Positions 12,567 to 24,773 of a stretch of DNA of 64,000 nt are shown here, piece by piece; the first letter of the stretch is position 1, and every line of letters starts with the position of its first letter. The stretch spans positions 46,996,001 to 47,060,000 of the forward strand of contig OX597815.1 in NCBI GenBank assembly GCA_951406725.2. Direction: 5' to 3'. The translations under genes were made by a program, and so were the position numbers. Source of the stretch: Octopus vulgaris. Its lineage: Eukaryota. The notes under the pieces are model-generated. The model saw nothing but the letters and a program-made list of their open reading frames with translations. It did not search any database and had not been told where the DNA came from.

Positions 12567-12730
12567 TAATAGCAACATTGGAAAAATACCTTAGGAATGA
12601 GAACCCAGGTTCGTAATTTCCCCAAGACACCTGAAGAAGGCTGGAGGGTGTATCAGCCGAAACGTTGTGTTAACAACAAACAAGATGAGGACAAATATCC
12701 GTCGAATGTAAATAATGTAAATAATGTAAA
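12453..12730 (+). mobile_element. Family H element, 5'-truncated, inverted relative to the preceding copy
   Basis: 3' half of the tRNA head, (AAT)n, hammerhead motif, tail AATGTAAATAATGTAAATAATGTAAA. Confidence 0.88.
12626..12671 (+). ncRNA. Minimal type I hammerhead ribozyme (PLE-type, dimer-dependent stem III)
   Basis: Stem I GACAC/GTGTT, core CTGAAGA, stem II GGCTG/CAGCC, GAAA, palindromic ACGT stem III. Predicted cleavage after GUU (12666). Confidence 0.8.
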
Positions 12731-13160
12731 GAAAACCTTATTCCCCACTCACCACAAGCGTACCTTCCCGATCACCCTAAATTCCTTCACTATTAATCAT
12801 TTGTCCAGAACGCTATTTCATAACTGCTTCGTGCAACTCTCTTTCTGTCTTCATTTCTTTAGTCAATGATTCCTGTCAGCATACGTAATAAGCTACAGTT
12901 CAATATGTTAGTAACTCACTAATTGAACTGGAAACTGAGCACCAGCTGCTTTTGACATGTCAAACCAACGACTGCACACTCATAATACACCGCACGCATC
13001 ACATACAAACAGACGCGCACATACAGAAATACGCAAATACGCATAATGCTTTTGCATACATGCATACGTAAGTAAACATTTCTCTCATTCGCTCTTTTTC
13101 CTCGTTCTTTGTGGTGAGTGTACGTGTGTATGTCGGAGCAAACACACACACACACACACT

Positions 13161-13191
<31 letters not shown>

Positions 13192-13354
13192 GCACACACA
13201 CACATAAACACACACACACACATAGCGACAAACATAAATACAGGCGCACACACATGTATATGTCTGTTGAAATATAACTAGATACACTGATTTAAATGCA
13301 AACATACGTATATATATGTATATATAAATATATGCGTATGGGTTTTTGCATATT

Positions 13355-13396
<42 letters not shown>

Positions 13397-13751
13397 TACA
13401 CGCAAGTGCATATGCAAGTACATGTGCATGTAAGAATTATACGCGCGTGTGTGTGTGTGCATACACACATACATACACACATATTTATATATTATACAGA
13501 TATACAAATTCATACAAACACACATAGGCGCACGCACACATATGGATGTGTGTATGCGTTGATGTGTTTAAAACTGACCTTTGACATTGTCATAACTCTG
13601 AATTTTGCTGCCAAGAAGTCGTTATATCTTATGACAAGATGAAACAGCCACGTCAAAGACACATGCGTTGACTAAGTGTTCTCGTCTTTATTTGTAAACT
13701 TCAGCTGTAACACAACCAGTAATCTATCTCTCCTCCTTTTTCTCTCCTTTG

Positions 13752-13784
<33 letters not shown>

Positions 13785-14115
13785 GTGTCTGCGTACATTA
13801 TGTGGTGTGTGTGGGCGTGTGCGTGTATGTGTGCGCGTGTGTGTGTGTATTGATGTATATTTGTAAAGCCTCTCTAATAACATGCATAAACACGCTCCAC
13901 TTACAAAAAATATTTATGTGCATTTCAATGTTCCTGTGTGTGTATGTATATCTATCAACTATATATACATAGATACATACACACACACATATGTACACGC
14001 ACATATATATGTACACGCATGCGCACACACTCATGTACACACACATACATACAAACACGCACACACATATATACTTACATAAACTTATAGATATATGTGA
14101 ATGTGCATACATACA

Positions 14116-14332
14116 TACGAGGGGTGATGTAAAGCTCCTGGCTTTAAGGATGTCGCGAAAGGCCTGACTGGAGGCCCAAACTTCCGAATTTTTTTTACAA
14201 GGCTTAGGAAATCTGAAGGACCGCTGCAGTGTGTTAATCTGAGAGGGGAATATGTTGAGTAAAATCATAATTAACCGATCTTCCTGTATTCTCTTTTACC
14301 TCTAGCCCGGAACTTTTCAGCACACACTCGTA
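14116..14332 (+). mobile_element. Mariner MITE / internal deletion derivative
   Basis: TIRs TACGAGGGGTGATGTAAAGCTCCTGGCT / AGCCCGGAACTTTTCAGCACACACTCGTA; transposase C-terminal remnant (CVNLRGEYVE*). Confidence 0.85.
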
Positions 14333-14409
14333 CACACACACACACACACACACACATACACACACATTCGCACAAATAGATACATATATCAACTAACATT
14401 CTACTAGAT

Positions 14410-14785
14410 CTCAGTATCCCAACCATTTCTGTCTCGAGGCACCCGTGCCAAGCCTTTCAGAAATCCACGGCACCCCTATTAGAAAATCTAATATGACAGC
14501 TGTTTTTTGATTCAACATCAATATAACAAAAATTTGTCCCTAGATAATAACATCTGTATAAGACAACTATATCCCCAGAATTGATGATCATGTTTTCTTT
14601 ATTTCACCAATGTTGATATAATAAACATAGATAACAATACAAAAATGTAAAAGACAACAATACAAAATAGATGACAATAATATTTATTGTTTAAAATAGT
14701 ATCAAAATGTATTTTTGATTCTAAATGATCAATCATGATACCACATAGGTATGTATATTCGAGGCACATCGGTTGGGGACCTCTG
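14410..14785. mobile_element. Old hAT-type MITE
   Basis: Right end GGTTGGGGACCTCTG, decayed left end CTCAGTATCCCAACC, near-identical 8-bp flanks TACTAGAT/TACTAAAT. Confidence 0.55.
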
Positions 14786-15724
14786 TACTAAATATATCCT
14801 TTCCTCACTCATACAACCAAAGCCCATGAAACCGCATACGCTTCACGAGTAGTTACGCTGCATTTGTACTCACTGCACTCCGCAAAATTAAGTAATCCTC
14901 AACAACCCATCTGAAAGATAACCATCAAGAAAATATAAATCACTATGTAAATTATAAAGCCATTAGGTTAGCTATCTGTTCAAATTGCTCATCTTTTGAC
15001 CGAATATTTGCAAAATTTTCTGAATTGTTCCCCTCGTCTAATGAAAAATGATAGCTGTGTCTGCAAAACCTTTACATTTAAGCTGTTACTTTCATAGTCT
15101 GTTTAGCATTTAATAACTATAACTGCATATTTAAAAACAATACTTTCACCAGTGTTCACCTGAATGAAGTCACATATCTCCCCGAAAACGTTATCTCTAA
15201 TACAGTATCTCTAAAAGTAGCGAGCAATCCCTTAGATATTTCCTTCTCTGGAGGAAGCTATTACAAAGTATAAAATCTCGCCCCGCTATCCTAATTCCTA
15301 AAAGAAATTTTCTTTCTCTGTCATCTTTTCATTCTCGTAGCTTGACATCCCTCACCTTAGTAACAATCATTATAGTTTCTTTCCTCAGAAGTATAGCATA
15401 ATTGTACTATTTTATCGGCCCTTTTTTGCCGAACCGCTAATTATGGAGACGTAACCACACCGATACTGGTTGTCAAACGGTCAGTGTTTAACGTTTTTCT
15501 CTATGGCACAAATTTATCAAATTTATACCTGGTCTACACGAGATTTGATTATATCTGTCACATACTTTCATCTTTGCGCTAAGGATCTACTTACTGTTAT
15601 GAGTAAACAACCGCCACCTAATATATATTAAAGAAAAAATTTCTTTAATAATAAATATAAGCATGACAAATACGCTTGTCAACCCTTACAGGTACTTCCA
15701 TGAAATAGCATTCATCATTGGTAT

Positions 15725-16062
15725 TCTTTTATTTGTTTCAGTCACTAAACTGCGGCCATGCTGGGACACCACCACCTTGAAGAACTTTTAGTCGAATGAA
15801 TCGACCCCACTACTAATTTTTTTGAAGCCTTGTACTATTTTATCGGCCTTTTTTGCCGAACCGCTAATTATGGGGACGTAACCACACCGATACTGGTTGT
15901 CAAGCGGTCAAACAAAGATATAAAGACACAGAAACACACACACTCTCACACATATATATATATACATATATATACAATGAATTTCCTTCAGTTTCCGTCT
16001 ACGAAATCTACCCACGAGGCTTTGGTCGACCCGAGACTATGGTAGAAGACACATACCCAAAG
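15725..16062 (-). mobile_element. SINE family A, 5'-truncated
   Basis: TGTTTCAGTCAC...GGCCATGCTGG...CAGTTTCCGTCTAC...GTAGAAGACAC. Confidence 0.85.
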
Positions 16063-16065
16063 TGG

Positions 16066-16440
16066 AATACAGGGATGAATCATCAGACGAGCTACTTTCA
16101 ACAATTCATCCTGTTACTTTCAACGTTTCTTTAAGAATCTTTTCCTTTGAAACAGCAATCTGTGTACCTCTCCAGAAAGCAAACTATACATTCATTTCGC
16201 ACGTTCTCGGAATGCCTCTTTACTTCTGCAAATATCTGAATCTGCATTCTCACCTAAAGATTATACCGTTCACTGGGGGGAAAATATTCACCAATGAAAT
16301 ACAGGGATGAATCATCAGACGAGCTACTTTCAACAATTCATCCTGTTACTTTCAACGATTCTTTAAGAATCTTTTCCTTTGAAACAGCAATCTGTGTACC
16401 TCTCCAGAAAGCAAACTATACATTCATTTCGCACATTCTC
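16066..16440. repeat. Direct duplication of ~143 bp (16066-16208 / 16298-16440)
   Basis: Near-identical copies read directly. Confidence 0.9.
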
Positions 16441-16509
16441 CTTACAATGTGATGCCTCACTTTAAACCTCGTTCTAAACGCATTCTCTTCTCATTATTTT
16501 ACCCATAAT

Positions 16510-16905
16510 TAGGCGGTAAGCTGGCAGAATCGTTCGCAAGTGGACAAGCTTAGCAACATTTTGTCCTTGTTTACGTTCCGAGTTCCAATGGTCAACTTTT
16601 CATCTTTTTCGGAGTCGATAAATTAAGTACCGGTTGCGTACTGGGGTCGATCTAATCGACTGCCCCCCTCCCCCAAAATTTCGGGCCTTGTACCTAGAGT
16701 AGAAAAGAAAAGACTATGTTACTCATAATTAGGCGGCAAGCTGGCAGAATCGTTCGCACGTGGACAAGCTTAGCAACATTTTGTCCTTGTTTACGTTCCG
16801 AGTTCCAATGGTCAACTTTTAATCTTTTTCGGTTTCAATGCAAAAACTATCAGTTACATACTGGGGTTGATGGTATCGGCTAGACTCTCTTTCCATAAAA
16901 TTTCA
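16510..16905 (+). mobile_element. Two tandem SINE family B copies
   Basis: AGGCGG(T/C)AAGCTGGCAGAATCGTT heads at ~16511 and ~16731, sharing private variants. Confidence 0.8.
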
Positions 16906-17184
16906 TCACAAAAAGGATTATTTTATCCATGATATAAATATCAACCCTCGGAGTTCTCGGTTGATTATCATTTTTATTGACTCAACGGATTTGGAAGACC
17001 TGCATCACTCATACCCAAATATATTTGTATTCAAACTCACTCCTCCTTCAGGATTCACACTTGCTTTTTGTAGAAGCATATAAGAATGTATTTATATGCA
17101 TTTTGTCTTGTACATGCATACATACCTACCTACCTACCTACCTACCTACATACATACATACATACATATATACATATCTTTTTA

Positions 17185-17633
17185 TCTTTTTATTGCGGCC
17201 ATGCTGGTGCACCACCATGAAGAAGTTCTTTTTTAGTCGAACAAATAAATCCCAGGACTTATTTTTTTAAAGCCAGATATTTATTCTATCGGTCACTTCC
17301 AGACGTTTACATTATATATTATATATATATATATGTATGTATATACACACACAAGCGCGCCCTTTCTCTGTCATTTTTCTGTGTCTGTCATTTTTTTGCG
17401 ATCTGTTTTTTCGTCTATCTCTTCCAAGCGATTGTTAGGGGAGAGACAAACAAACAAATATATATTCATACGACAGGCCACTTTCAGTTCCTGCCAACCA
17501 AATCCACTCACAAGGCTTTGGTCGCCCGAAGCTATAGCAGATGACACTTGCCCAAGTTGCCTAACTATGGAACTGAACCAGGAACAATGTGGATCGGAAG
17601 CAAACTACTTACCGCACAGTCACGCCTGCACCT
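17185..17633 (-). mobile_element. SINE family A with internal insertion
   Basis: Family A tail and head motifs, interrupted by ~17300-17425, part of which also occurs at 32299-32382. Confidence 0.75.
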
Positions 17634-18988
17634 ATATATACAAGTTATATATATCCATACCCATGCTCATTTACAAAGAGCATCATGCCAATTTCGGGTG
17701 AATATATCACATAATATCCCCAGTCAACATGATACTTAATCCGAATGAAAATGCCTTGGAATATTGAATTTGATGAACCAAAGGCATCCCAAAGATGTTA
17801 TCAGCTATTTACGACCCAAACGTATCAGCTTATACAATACCAATAATCAACAGATTACAGTCAAACGACGAAGCCTTTCACTACACACAGCAGCATGATA
17901 AAAAAGTATGAATAGCTAACACTTCTAGGGCAGTTGGCGTCCTGTTGACGCCTAAAGCTAATACACATATACACACAATAGACAAGAGTTTCCTGCACTC
18001 AACTCGACCATATACACATATGGAAATAACATTCCGGAAGCTGTTGTCGGAATACTGTTAACCGACGGAATATAAACATTGAGAAGCCATTTGCTACCTC
18101 GAAATACAAACATTGCTGTCACTTGTTACTTCGAAAATGAAGTGGAAAACAGATTGATTTATTGAACATTACCTTTCACATAAATGAACGATTAAGGCAT
18201 GTTTCTAGCAAACAAATGAGAATTTCTAACGTATGCATATGGTCAGAAGTTTTGCAGGGAATTATAATGAATTTAACCCCAGTATGTGAGTCATGTGCAT
18301 CAGGGTGCAGAATGAAAGATAACATTTACCAGCTGAATTTGTACAATGCGTTGTCAGTTTTGGCAATAAATGCACACATTAATACGTATCTATATTATGT
18401 GGTTATGTTTCAACAATTAGAAAAGCTCTCGATCAGCTATGAGAGTAAAAATGATCTTAAATTAAAACCCACAAATCTTGCAAATAGCTACCCAGGGCTT
18501 CCTAGTTGAAATAATTCATGCCGCCATTTATCAAGCTGAAAGTAAGACTGTTTGTCAGTTGATTTTTTGAGTAGATAATGTTTAAATAAGGGACGCTTTT
18601 ATAGAAGACAAAAGGAAAAAAATCTAAAAGAAAAAACTACTCAAGGGAGGTAAGCCACGTTACGTTGTAATGTGGGTTATCCCGATGTCAAATCGATGTC
18701 AAGCAGACGTAAATCGGATGTTCATTGGTCTGCTTTTGATTTCCGACAAGATGTATCTTTCCGACACGATGTATCTTTTCACAATTATCGGAGCGTGAAA
18801 CGCTTCCCACGAACGCACGTTCGTGAGATGGTTATGATATATAAACAGTTTTGAATAGAAACCAGAAAGAGAAGTATGGACGCGCAATGCACATTGGCAC
18901 ACTGAATTCACAAAACGGAAGAGAAGAATAGAAACGCAATGCGCATGTCAAAGTAAGATGGAAGAAGAGAATAAAACAAGTTATAAGA

Positions 18989-19250
18989 TGTACATTATTT
19001 ACATTATTTATATTATTTACATTCAACGGATATTTGTCCTCATCTTATTTGTTGTTAGTACAACGTTTCGGCTGGTATACCCTCCAGCCTTCTTCAGGTG
19101 TCTGGGGGAAATTTCGATCGTGGGTTTTCATTCCTAAGGTATTTTTGATGTTATTATTATTATTAGCGTTATTGATCAGGTCGCTGCTTAGAATCGAACT
19201 CGAAATCTCGGGGTTAGTAGCCCGCGTTCTTAACCACTACGGCAATGCCC
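18989..19250 (-). mobile_element. Family H hammerhead-bearing tRNA-SINE, near full length
   Basis: tRNA-like head at 19178-19250, short (AAT)n, hammerhead, (AATGTAAAT)n tail. Confidence 0.88.
19057..19102 (-). ncRNA. Minimal hammerhead ribozyme motif (family H)
   Basis: Minus strand GACAC CTGAAGA A GGCTGG agggtata CCAGCC GAAAC GTT GTACT. Stem II has 6 bp; stem I is partly mutated. Confidence 0.7.
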
Positions 19251-19358
19251 GTGTTAACAACAAACAAGATGACAAATATCCGTCGAATGTAAATAATGCA
19301 AATAATGTAAATAATGTAAATAATGTACACAATTCCTCATCACTTAAATATAGAACTG
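19251..19358 (+). mobile_element. Family H 3' tail only, inverted, starting at the predicted hammerhead cleavage site
   Basis: Begins GTGTTAACAACAAACAAGATG; AATGTAAAT repeats; ends AATATAGAACTG like the copy ending at 54086. Confidence 0.85.
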
Positions 19359-19669
19359 AAGTTATATGCTGGCTTGCATGTTACGTCTGACACCACTATC
19401 ATTCAAGCGTTACTGCAATTTTCTTGTTTGAAATGTGGACACAAAGAGTAAATCTTGTCCCTCGAATTTTTGCATCCTTTCTCCTTTAATGTTAAGACAA
19501 ATGCAAGTAGAAGGCAGTTGTCTCTTAGGAGGAAAGGCCAGGTAGAGTAGACTTAGGTGGGAATAACTACAAAGACAACTAGTACTGCTACTGTTCATAA
19601 CAATGAGAACAACAACAGTATTAACAACAACAACAACAGGCAGCACAATGTCTGAAACTCTTGGGGCGG

Positions 19670-20300
19670 ATGGTAGTCGATTATATTCTATTTTATCGAT
19701 CCCGAAGGATGAAAGACAAAGTCGACCTTGGAGGAATTTGAACTCAGAACGTAAAGACGGAGGAAATGCCGATAAACATTTTGTCTGGCGTGCTAACGAT
19801 TCCACCAGCTCGCCGCCCTGATAATAATAATGATAACCATTTCTACTATAGGCACAAGGCCTGAAATTTGTGGGGAGGGGCTAGTCGATTAGATCGTCCC
19901 CAGTACGCAACTGGTACGTAATATATCGACCCCGAGAGGATGAAAGGCAAAGTTAACCTCAGCAGAATTTGAACTCAGAAAGTAATGACAGACCAAATGC
20001 CGCTAAGCACTTTGTCCGGCGTGCTAACGATTCTACCAGCTCGCCGTCTTGATGATAATAATAATAGTAATAATAATACCTATTTCTTTATTACCCACAA
20101 GGGGCTAAACAACAGAGGGGGACAAACAAGGACAGACATAGGTATTAAGTCGATTACATCGACCCCAGTGCGTAACTGGTACTTAATTTATCGACCCCGA
20201 AAGGATGAAAGGCAAAGTCGACCTCGGCGGAATTTGAACTCAGAACGTAACGACAGACGAAATACGGCTACGCATTTCGCCCGGCGTGCTAACGTTTCTG
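19670..20300 (-). mobile_element. Three head-to-tail SINE family B copies separated by (AAT)n
   Basis: Units at ~19670-19819, 19838-20050 and 20078-20300, each with GGATGAAAG..AAAGT..ACCT..G..GAATTTGAACTCAGAA. Confidence 0.9.
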
Positions 20301-20317
20301 GTAATAATAATACCACC

Positions 20318-20349
<32 letters not shown>

Positions 20350-20353
20350 CAAC

Positions 20354-20386
<33 letters not shown>

Positions 20387-20904
20387 CTCTGTAGCAAAAA
20401 CATCAAACGTAACACTAAGAACCGCAAAACCAACAACGGCATTACCACCACTACTATCATCCCTCTGTAAGAGAACAAAAATGCAACAACAAAACAACGA
20501 TGGCAACAACAACAACAACAACAATAAAGGAATTAGAACATTTTTGCGGCAGCATCAAGAGACACAAAACAGCAAGAATTTCTCCATCTGCTTTTGCAGC
20601 ATCTGCTAAGTTCATTGGTAAGGCGTGCACAACACGCATGTTTCTTTTAGTGCAGGTCTCCCAGCCCCAATGTGTGTACGTGTGAGTGAAAGAGAGAGAG
20701 AGAGAGAGAGGGTGGGGGAAGGAGAGGGGTAGGTGATAAAAAACGGTAAGTGTGAAGTGATGTGCTTACGTATTTTTAGGGTATTCTCTTAAATCTCCAG
20801 AAAGACAAATAAATAAATAAAATAAAAATAAATAAAATGAAATAAAATAGAAACAAACAATTAGCTGGTCGCGTAAGATGGTTTACACCCCTCACTTGGT
20901 ATAC

Positions 20905-21147
20905 CTTTTGTTTTTGAATTGTCTCGGTCATTGGACTGTGGCCAAGCTGGGGCACCGCTTTGAAGGGTGTAAGTCGAACAAATCAGCTTAGTTCTAATTG
21001 ATTTTTAAAGTCTGGTACAATATAGGTCACTTTTTCTGAATCACTATGTTGCGGGAAAGTAAACAAACCAATACCGGTTTTCAAGTAGTGGGCAAACATG
21101 AAGGGACAAATACACACACAGACACACAACACATGTATGTGTGGAAG

Positions 21148-21209
<62 letters not shown>

Positions 21210-21800
21210 CGTGTGTATGTGCGTGCGTGTGTGTGTGTGTGTGTGTACACAGCGGCCGCTGAACTTAATGGTACAAAGCACTAAGCCGGTATCTGAGAGG
21301 TACGGGGTTCGGTTCCACGCAGCAGCCTGCTTGCAACATTTTTTTAACGGCAGTGCCCCAGCATGGCCGCAGCTCCCGAGCTGAAACTAGTATAGAATAT
21401 ATATATTTATGTGTGTGTATGTGTGTGTGGTGTGTGTATATCAATGTACGTATCTATGTGACTGTGTTTGCCTCTCCAGCACCGCTCGACAACCGGTGTT
21501 AGTGTGTTTACGTCGTAACTTAGGAGTTCGACAAAAGTGACCGATAGAATAAGTACCAGGCTTTAACAAATAAGTCTTGGGCTCGATTTGTTTGACTAAA
21601 ATCCTTCAAGGCAACACCTCAGCTTGGCCGCAGTCAAAAATGACTGAAACAAGTAAAAGATGTGTATACACGACTTGCTTCCACGTACTTTCCTTCTACG
21701 CAATTCACTCACAAGGTATTGGTCGGTTCTATACTATTGTACAAGGCAAGACGCTGGCCCAAAGTCCTGCGCAATGGGACTGAACCTGAAACCACGTGCT
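20905..21800. mobile_element. Cluster of SINE family A fragments in both orientations with (TG)n
   Basis: 3' half on - (20905-21130), tail on + (~21350-21390), 3' half on + (21440-21660), 5' half on - (21665-21800). Confidence 0.7.
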
Positions 21801-22165
21801 GCAATCCGCCGCCCCCATCAAAAAAAAAAAATTAAAAAGAATAATCATGAAAATTCGACTACAAATATTGTTGATCCTCTTGTAGCTGCTTTTTCTAAAG
21901 CTTCAACTTGATATTTCAACAATGAACATTCCACCTTAATTTATCCTCGCATGGTTTACTCCAGACTTCATATATTATCAATTGTATCCTTTCAGTCTCT
22001 GTTTTGAATGGCAGGGTGAGATTTGTTGGATTTTTGGCTGCTATATTAAGCAAGTTGAGTGATTTTGTAGAGGTTCCCGCAATGGTCTGATGTGTAATAT
22101 AGAATATGTAGAGAGATAATACTTATTGAAGTATAACCCAATTTGGCTGAGAGAGAGAGAGATAG

Positions 22166-22231
<66 letters not shown>

Positions 22232-22401
22232 AAATAAAAGGCATTTCATTTGTGTCAAACTAGTTCGCAAGATCCTTTTTTTTGAAAAAGGCTCAATTGC
22301 AACGTAGAGTTTAATTATTTATTGTAAGGCTGATGTTCTGTCAACAGAGAGTTTTCGCGTGTACAACAAATGGTGCAACTATGTTATATATATATACATA
22401 T

Positions 22402-22481
<80 letters not shown>

Positions 22482-22679
22482 CACACATATGTCAGTTGAG
22501 GTCTTGCTGTTCAGAAGGCTTTTAACCCAATATTTACAGGTTTTAATTATACTGTTTATAGCTTTAACAGCTTCGAGTTTCAGCATTCCAAAAGAAAAAT
22601 TCTATATATCTCCCTACACTTTCATTTATACATACACACTAAGTGAGTGGGTAAAGTGACGAAATTCTTTAAAACGTCG

Positions 22680-22680
22680 G

Positions 22681-22763
<83 letters not shown>

Positions 22764-22800
22764 ATAAATAGATATATTGATCGACTGATCGATAGATAGA
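22680..22800. repeat. (GATA)n microsatellite
   Basis: Direct reading. Confidence 0.95.
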
Positions 22801-23485
22801 TATTTGTGAGAGAGAAAAGTGAGATATATTTACTGTGAAAGGCAGAGTACTAGAAGAAATAAAAGAAGACAGTCGAAGTAACAGCAAATGAAGAGAGAAA
22901 AAAATGAAGTTTAATGAAGAGAAAGCAAGGCAATTCTTGTCTCACTGAAGAATTAAATCGTTGCACTGGCTTCAGAGAAGAGATGACAGTCGTGAGTTAT
23001 AGATTAGCTGATGTGTACAGAGATTGGGATAGTGTATTGTTGAGATTTTGAAAGTGGCTTGACGTTTCATAAAGACATTTCCATTAGGAAGAGATTAGCA
23101 AGTGAAGCAGACGATCGCGATAAAGTTTTGTCCAGCTGATATAATGGTGGCGCTCCGCCATTATGTCAAGGCGGCTAAAGATGGCTGTGGTTTGAGTGAA
23201 AAAGAAACACACGCACACAGATACAGACAGACACACACACACATATATTTATGAAGAAAAAATCTAAATAAAATCACAACAAAAATTGAATGTAATAATA
23301 AATGATTAAATAAATAAGTACTAAACTAACTAAACGAATAATTCGCTTGATGGATTTATCTAGCAAAATATGTTGGCCGGAATGCATTTCAAGTAATTTC
23401 TTCGCGTATGTATCTATCAATCTATCTATTTTTAATATATTTCCATACACACAGTCTCTTCACAAACACACACACACACACACAC

Positions 23486-23541
<56 letters not shown>

Positions 23542-24519
23542 CATACATAGTATTCATTATTGTTGTCATGAGCAGACACTTTTTTATATATACGTTTTTA
23601 CGTTATTTTATACGAAGGTATATATATATATATGCGTATTTATCTGCGTATGAATAAATATACTTACCTATATGCTGAATGTGTGTGTGTGTGTGTGTGT
23701 GTGTTTTCGCGTAGCCCTTTTGTGTATACTATTTTAGAATACAGTAGTTGAGTAATTTTGGATATGACTCGCTATTCACCGTTTTGCACGTTTGGTTTGT
23801 TTATAATCTAAAGACTCATGATACATGTCTGCCTGTGTACTTTTCAGAGAAAATTCCGTATCTGAATTGTTTGTTATTATTCATAAGCCGCCTAAATTTT
23901 ATGCAACACTCTTCCTCTGATCAGGATGCTTTACATCGTCTCTGTCTTTTATTTTGCTTGCCTGCTTAGATATATCGATGAGAGCTAACATTATATATAT
24001 CGTTCTTCTTAAATATACCGAGAAGAGTATACTAAATACTGTCTCGTGTCCTGTGACTCAGAGAGTCAGTAACTCGGTTTCCATGGCGTATAAGTGACCG
24101 ATATCACAACATTCCCTCTGAAGGACACCAGTTCGTCGCAAGATTATTCATTAACTGTTGAGTGGACTGGAGCAACATGAAATTAACGATTTTATTTTTT
24201 GCTCAACAACGCAAGTTTAATTAATGACTTCTAATCAAGGCACAAATGCCAGCAATTTCTAGTGGCGGCCTCTTAGTCGATTATATAGAATACAGTACTT
24301 GACTGGTACTGTGGCTGATGTACATCAGCAGGATTAGAACTCGGAATCTAAAGAATCGGAAGATATGCCAAAATGCATTACCTCATCGTTCTAACAATTT
24401 TGCCAGTTCGCAGACTTAAGCAAAGTTTAATTAATTAACATTTTACTTATACATACCGCTAGGAGATAAAAACATTAACTCGGAGACTAATACTAATTTA
24501 ATTGGGTCTTTTGTTAAGC

Positions 24520-24622
24520 CAGGGCTCCCCAAACTTTTAGACCATCGACCCCTTCATGGAATCCTTGACCTCTTGTCGATCCCCAGGCATGTACATGGAA
24601 ATAAATAAATAAATAAATAAAG

Positions 24623-24693
<71 letters not shown>

Positions 24694-24773
24694 CATAGTA
24701 ATGAAGTAGATGTGCAGTTTCAGTCCTTTATCGACACTTTGAATAGTATCATCGACCACTTTGGGGACCCCTG
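24520..24773. mobile_element. hAT (Charlie-like) MITE with perfect 8-bp TSD and internal (AAT)n
   Basis: TIRs CAGGGCTCCCCAAA / TTTGGGGACCCCTG; TSD TGTTAAGC at 24512-24519 and 24774-24781. Confidence 0.88.

Noticed and set aside
16066-16440. CTGATGA on the minus strand of the duplicated segment; CRISPR-like repeat-spacer look
   Set aside because: No GAAA or stem III at the right spacing; only two long copies in eukaryotic DNA, so not CRISPR.
20470-20690. Possible coding exon (KELEHFCGSIKRHKTARISP...)
   Set aside because: No recognisable domain or convincing splice-site pair; cannot be supported without RNA data.
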